Below are positions 62,446-64,000 of a DNA stretch of 64,000 bases, one piece after another. The position numbers and the translations under genes were made by a program. Numbering within the stretch: position 1 is the first letter of the stretch; each line of letters starts with the position of its first letter. Source of the stretch: Sphyrna mokarran (lineage: Eukaryota); the NCBI GenBank assembly GCA_024679065.1, contig JAGIQG010000001.1, forward strand, positions 117,986,001 to 118,050,000, written 5' to 3'. The notes under the pieces are model-generated. The model was not told the DNA's origin. It was given only the letters and a program-made list of their open reading frames with translations, and searched no databases.

Positions 62446-64000
62446 TATCTTAATAATTTCAATCAACTTGATTTGTCCAGTCTAGGTGAAAATTATAGTC
62501 AACCACAATTAATCCATTACTTTGTTAAAGCTCCAATCATGTCTTGATTAATGCTTTGCCCAACAGTATTACACGGGGGCAGAGAGATTACTCCCACCAA
62601 TGTTTTTGGATCCTTGTTCTTCTTCCTGATTTTTTGAGCCAAGATCCTTTCTCGCTAATGTCCTAATGTCATTTTTCACTTACAGCACAATGCCTCCTCT
62701 TCTTCCATGCTGACTGTCTTTTTGAAATGTGTACCTTAGAACATGTGTTATCCAATCCTGGGCCAGATACTCACAGGGCTGCAGGATGGGGGCCCAGTGT
62801 GAGTGTGACTTCTAAATCTCAATCCCAGTAGTCAAATTGGGATCCTAACATTTCAAAAATAGTTTGTAATTTTCAAAGAGCCAGCAGAGGAAAAGAACAG
62901 GAAAGCAACTCAACATCAATTAGCCACCCTTTAAACTCATTAAAGGGCATGTTAAGAGACAGATCAAGTGCAGAATGGAATTTTTTAACCTCATTTCGAT
63001 AAATCTGAATAGTCTGATGCACCTTAGTGCACAGATTTATGTTTGTCATGAAGCAAAGTAATCTTTTATTTGTCTTTATATTAAAATTGTTTTTAATTAA
63101 CTTACTTTACACCAGTGCAAGTGCTGAACTTCCATTTTGCCTCCCGGAGATGCTTGACACCATTAACTGGGCGTCATTTTCACCAGCAAGCCAACTAGAT
63201 CATATGAATTTAAAATTTTCACCATGAGAGTGTCGCTGCTGAGGTGTGGACTAGGGAACCAGAATATAGCCAGGTGTTCAGATTCCCAATCTCACTTGGA
63301 AATCCTTGCTCCATGACTCAATTTAATTCAAACTGGTTATCACTGTTTGTGTCACTAGTTCATCTACATTATTACAAATACTTCATGTATTCAAATAAAG
63401 GGATGTTCATTTTCATATTCTTATCATATACTTCGCATGTATTTTATTCACAGTTGCACTACTACCACTAATCTCTCTGCCCATCCTGGCCTTGTCTGCT
63501 TGTTTTCACCCATATTGCTACACTGCTTCATTATTATGACCTTTCTCCTTCAATTTCTAAATCTCCCTCACACTCTCCCCACCCCCCTGTTAGTTGCTCA
63601 AAAAAGGTTGGGGGGGGTGAATTCTTGGGATGAGAGATCATGGGGAGATGTAAGAGAAGTTGGCAGCAAAGGAAGGAGAGTAAATCTCAGCTGGTATCCC
63701 CTTTCCAATGTTGAGTTCCTTGATCAGGCATTGAAAACCTTTGATCAAGGAACCTCCACCAGGTGGTGACAAGTTGGCAACAGCAGGTTCACCTGCAACT
63801 GGGTTAATCCAAGGAATAGTGGATTGAGAACTTTGAGCGATCATTATTTGGGATTTCAGTTGGCCATGAGGTAGGAATATCAACCATGGGTCTTCCGGTT
63901 CAGAAATGAATTGTGCTAGAGACAGGAAAGCGATTGGATCTAGTCCTGACTAATTAAATGTCATTCCCACCTCTAAACTTTCCATCAGAGAGAATAAACA

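Noticed and set aside
63714-63757. Small inverted repeat ttccttgatca...tgatcaaggaa
   Set aside because: An 11-bp stem alone is too little to call an ncRNA or element.
57030-64000. Search for the preceding ANK2 exon (expected TPLHVAAHY-type repeat)
   Set aside because: No ANK-repeat reading frame found; that exon must lie beyond the window.

Overview
Eukaryotic, AT-rich, repeat-rich vertebrate DNA. The V-SINE/CR1/L2/RTE repeat mix points to a cartilaginous fish, probably a shark (inference). The whole window lies inside one minus-strand gene, ankyrin-2 (ANK2/ankyrin-B). Nine GT-AG exons (198+99+99+99+99+73+145+103+92 = 1007 nt) splice into one open frame. It encodes the last ANK repeats of the membrane-binding domain and the disordered linker up to '...SSSPIHSG', just before ZU5. 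The gene continues beyond both window edges. Introns carry decayed CR1, L2 and RTE LINEs, V-SINEs, MITE-like elements and short Penelope-like fragments, some nested. Nearly all ORFs in the supplied track are spurious or TE remnants. There is no prokaryote-type novel system here. The most interesting signal is a set of candidate alternative microexons (6-42 nt) in the linker-coding introns, with long AG-free pyrimidine tracts and UGC motifs, plus tandem acceptors. The best are 12 nt at 11390-11401, 6 nt at 218-223 and 18 nt at 30377-30394. A more speculative frame-coupled 19+15+14-nt set is also possible. All microexons are predictions from splice signals read by eye, and repeat boundaries are approximate unless a TSD is stated.
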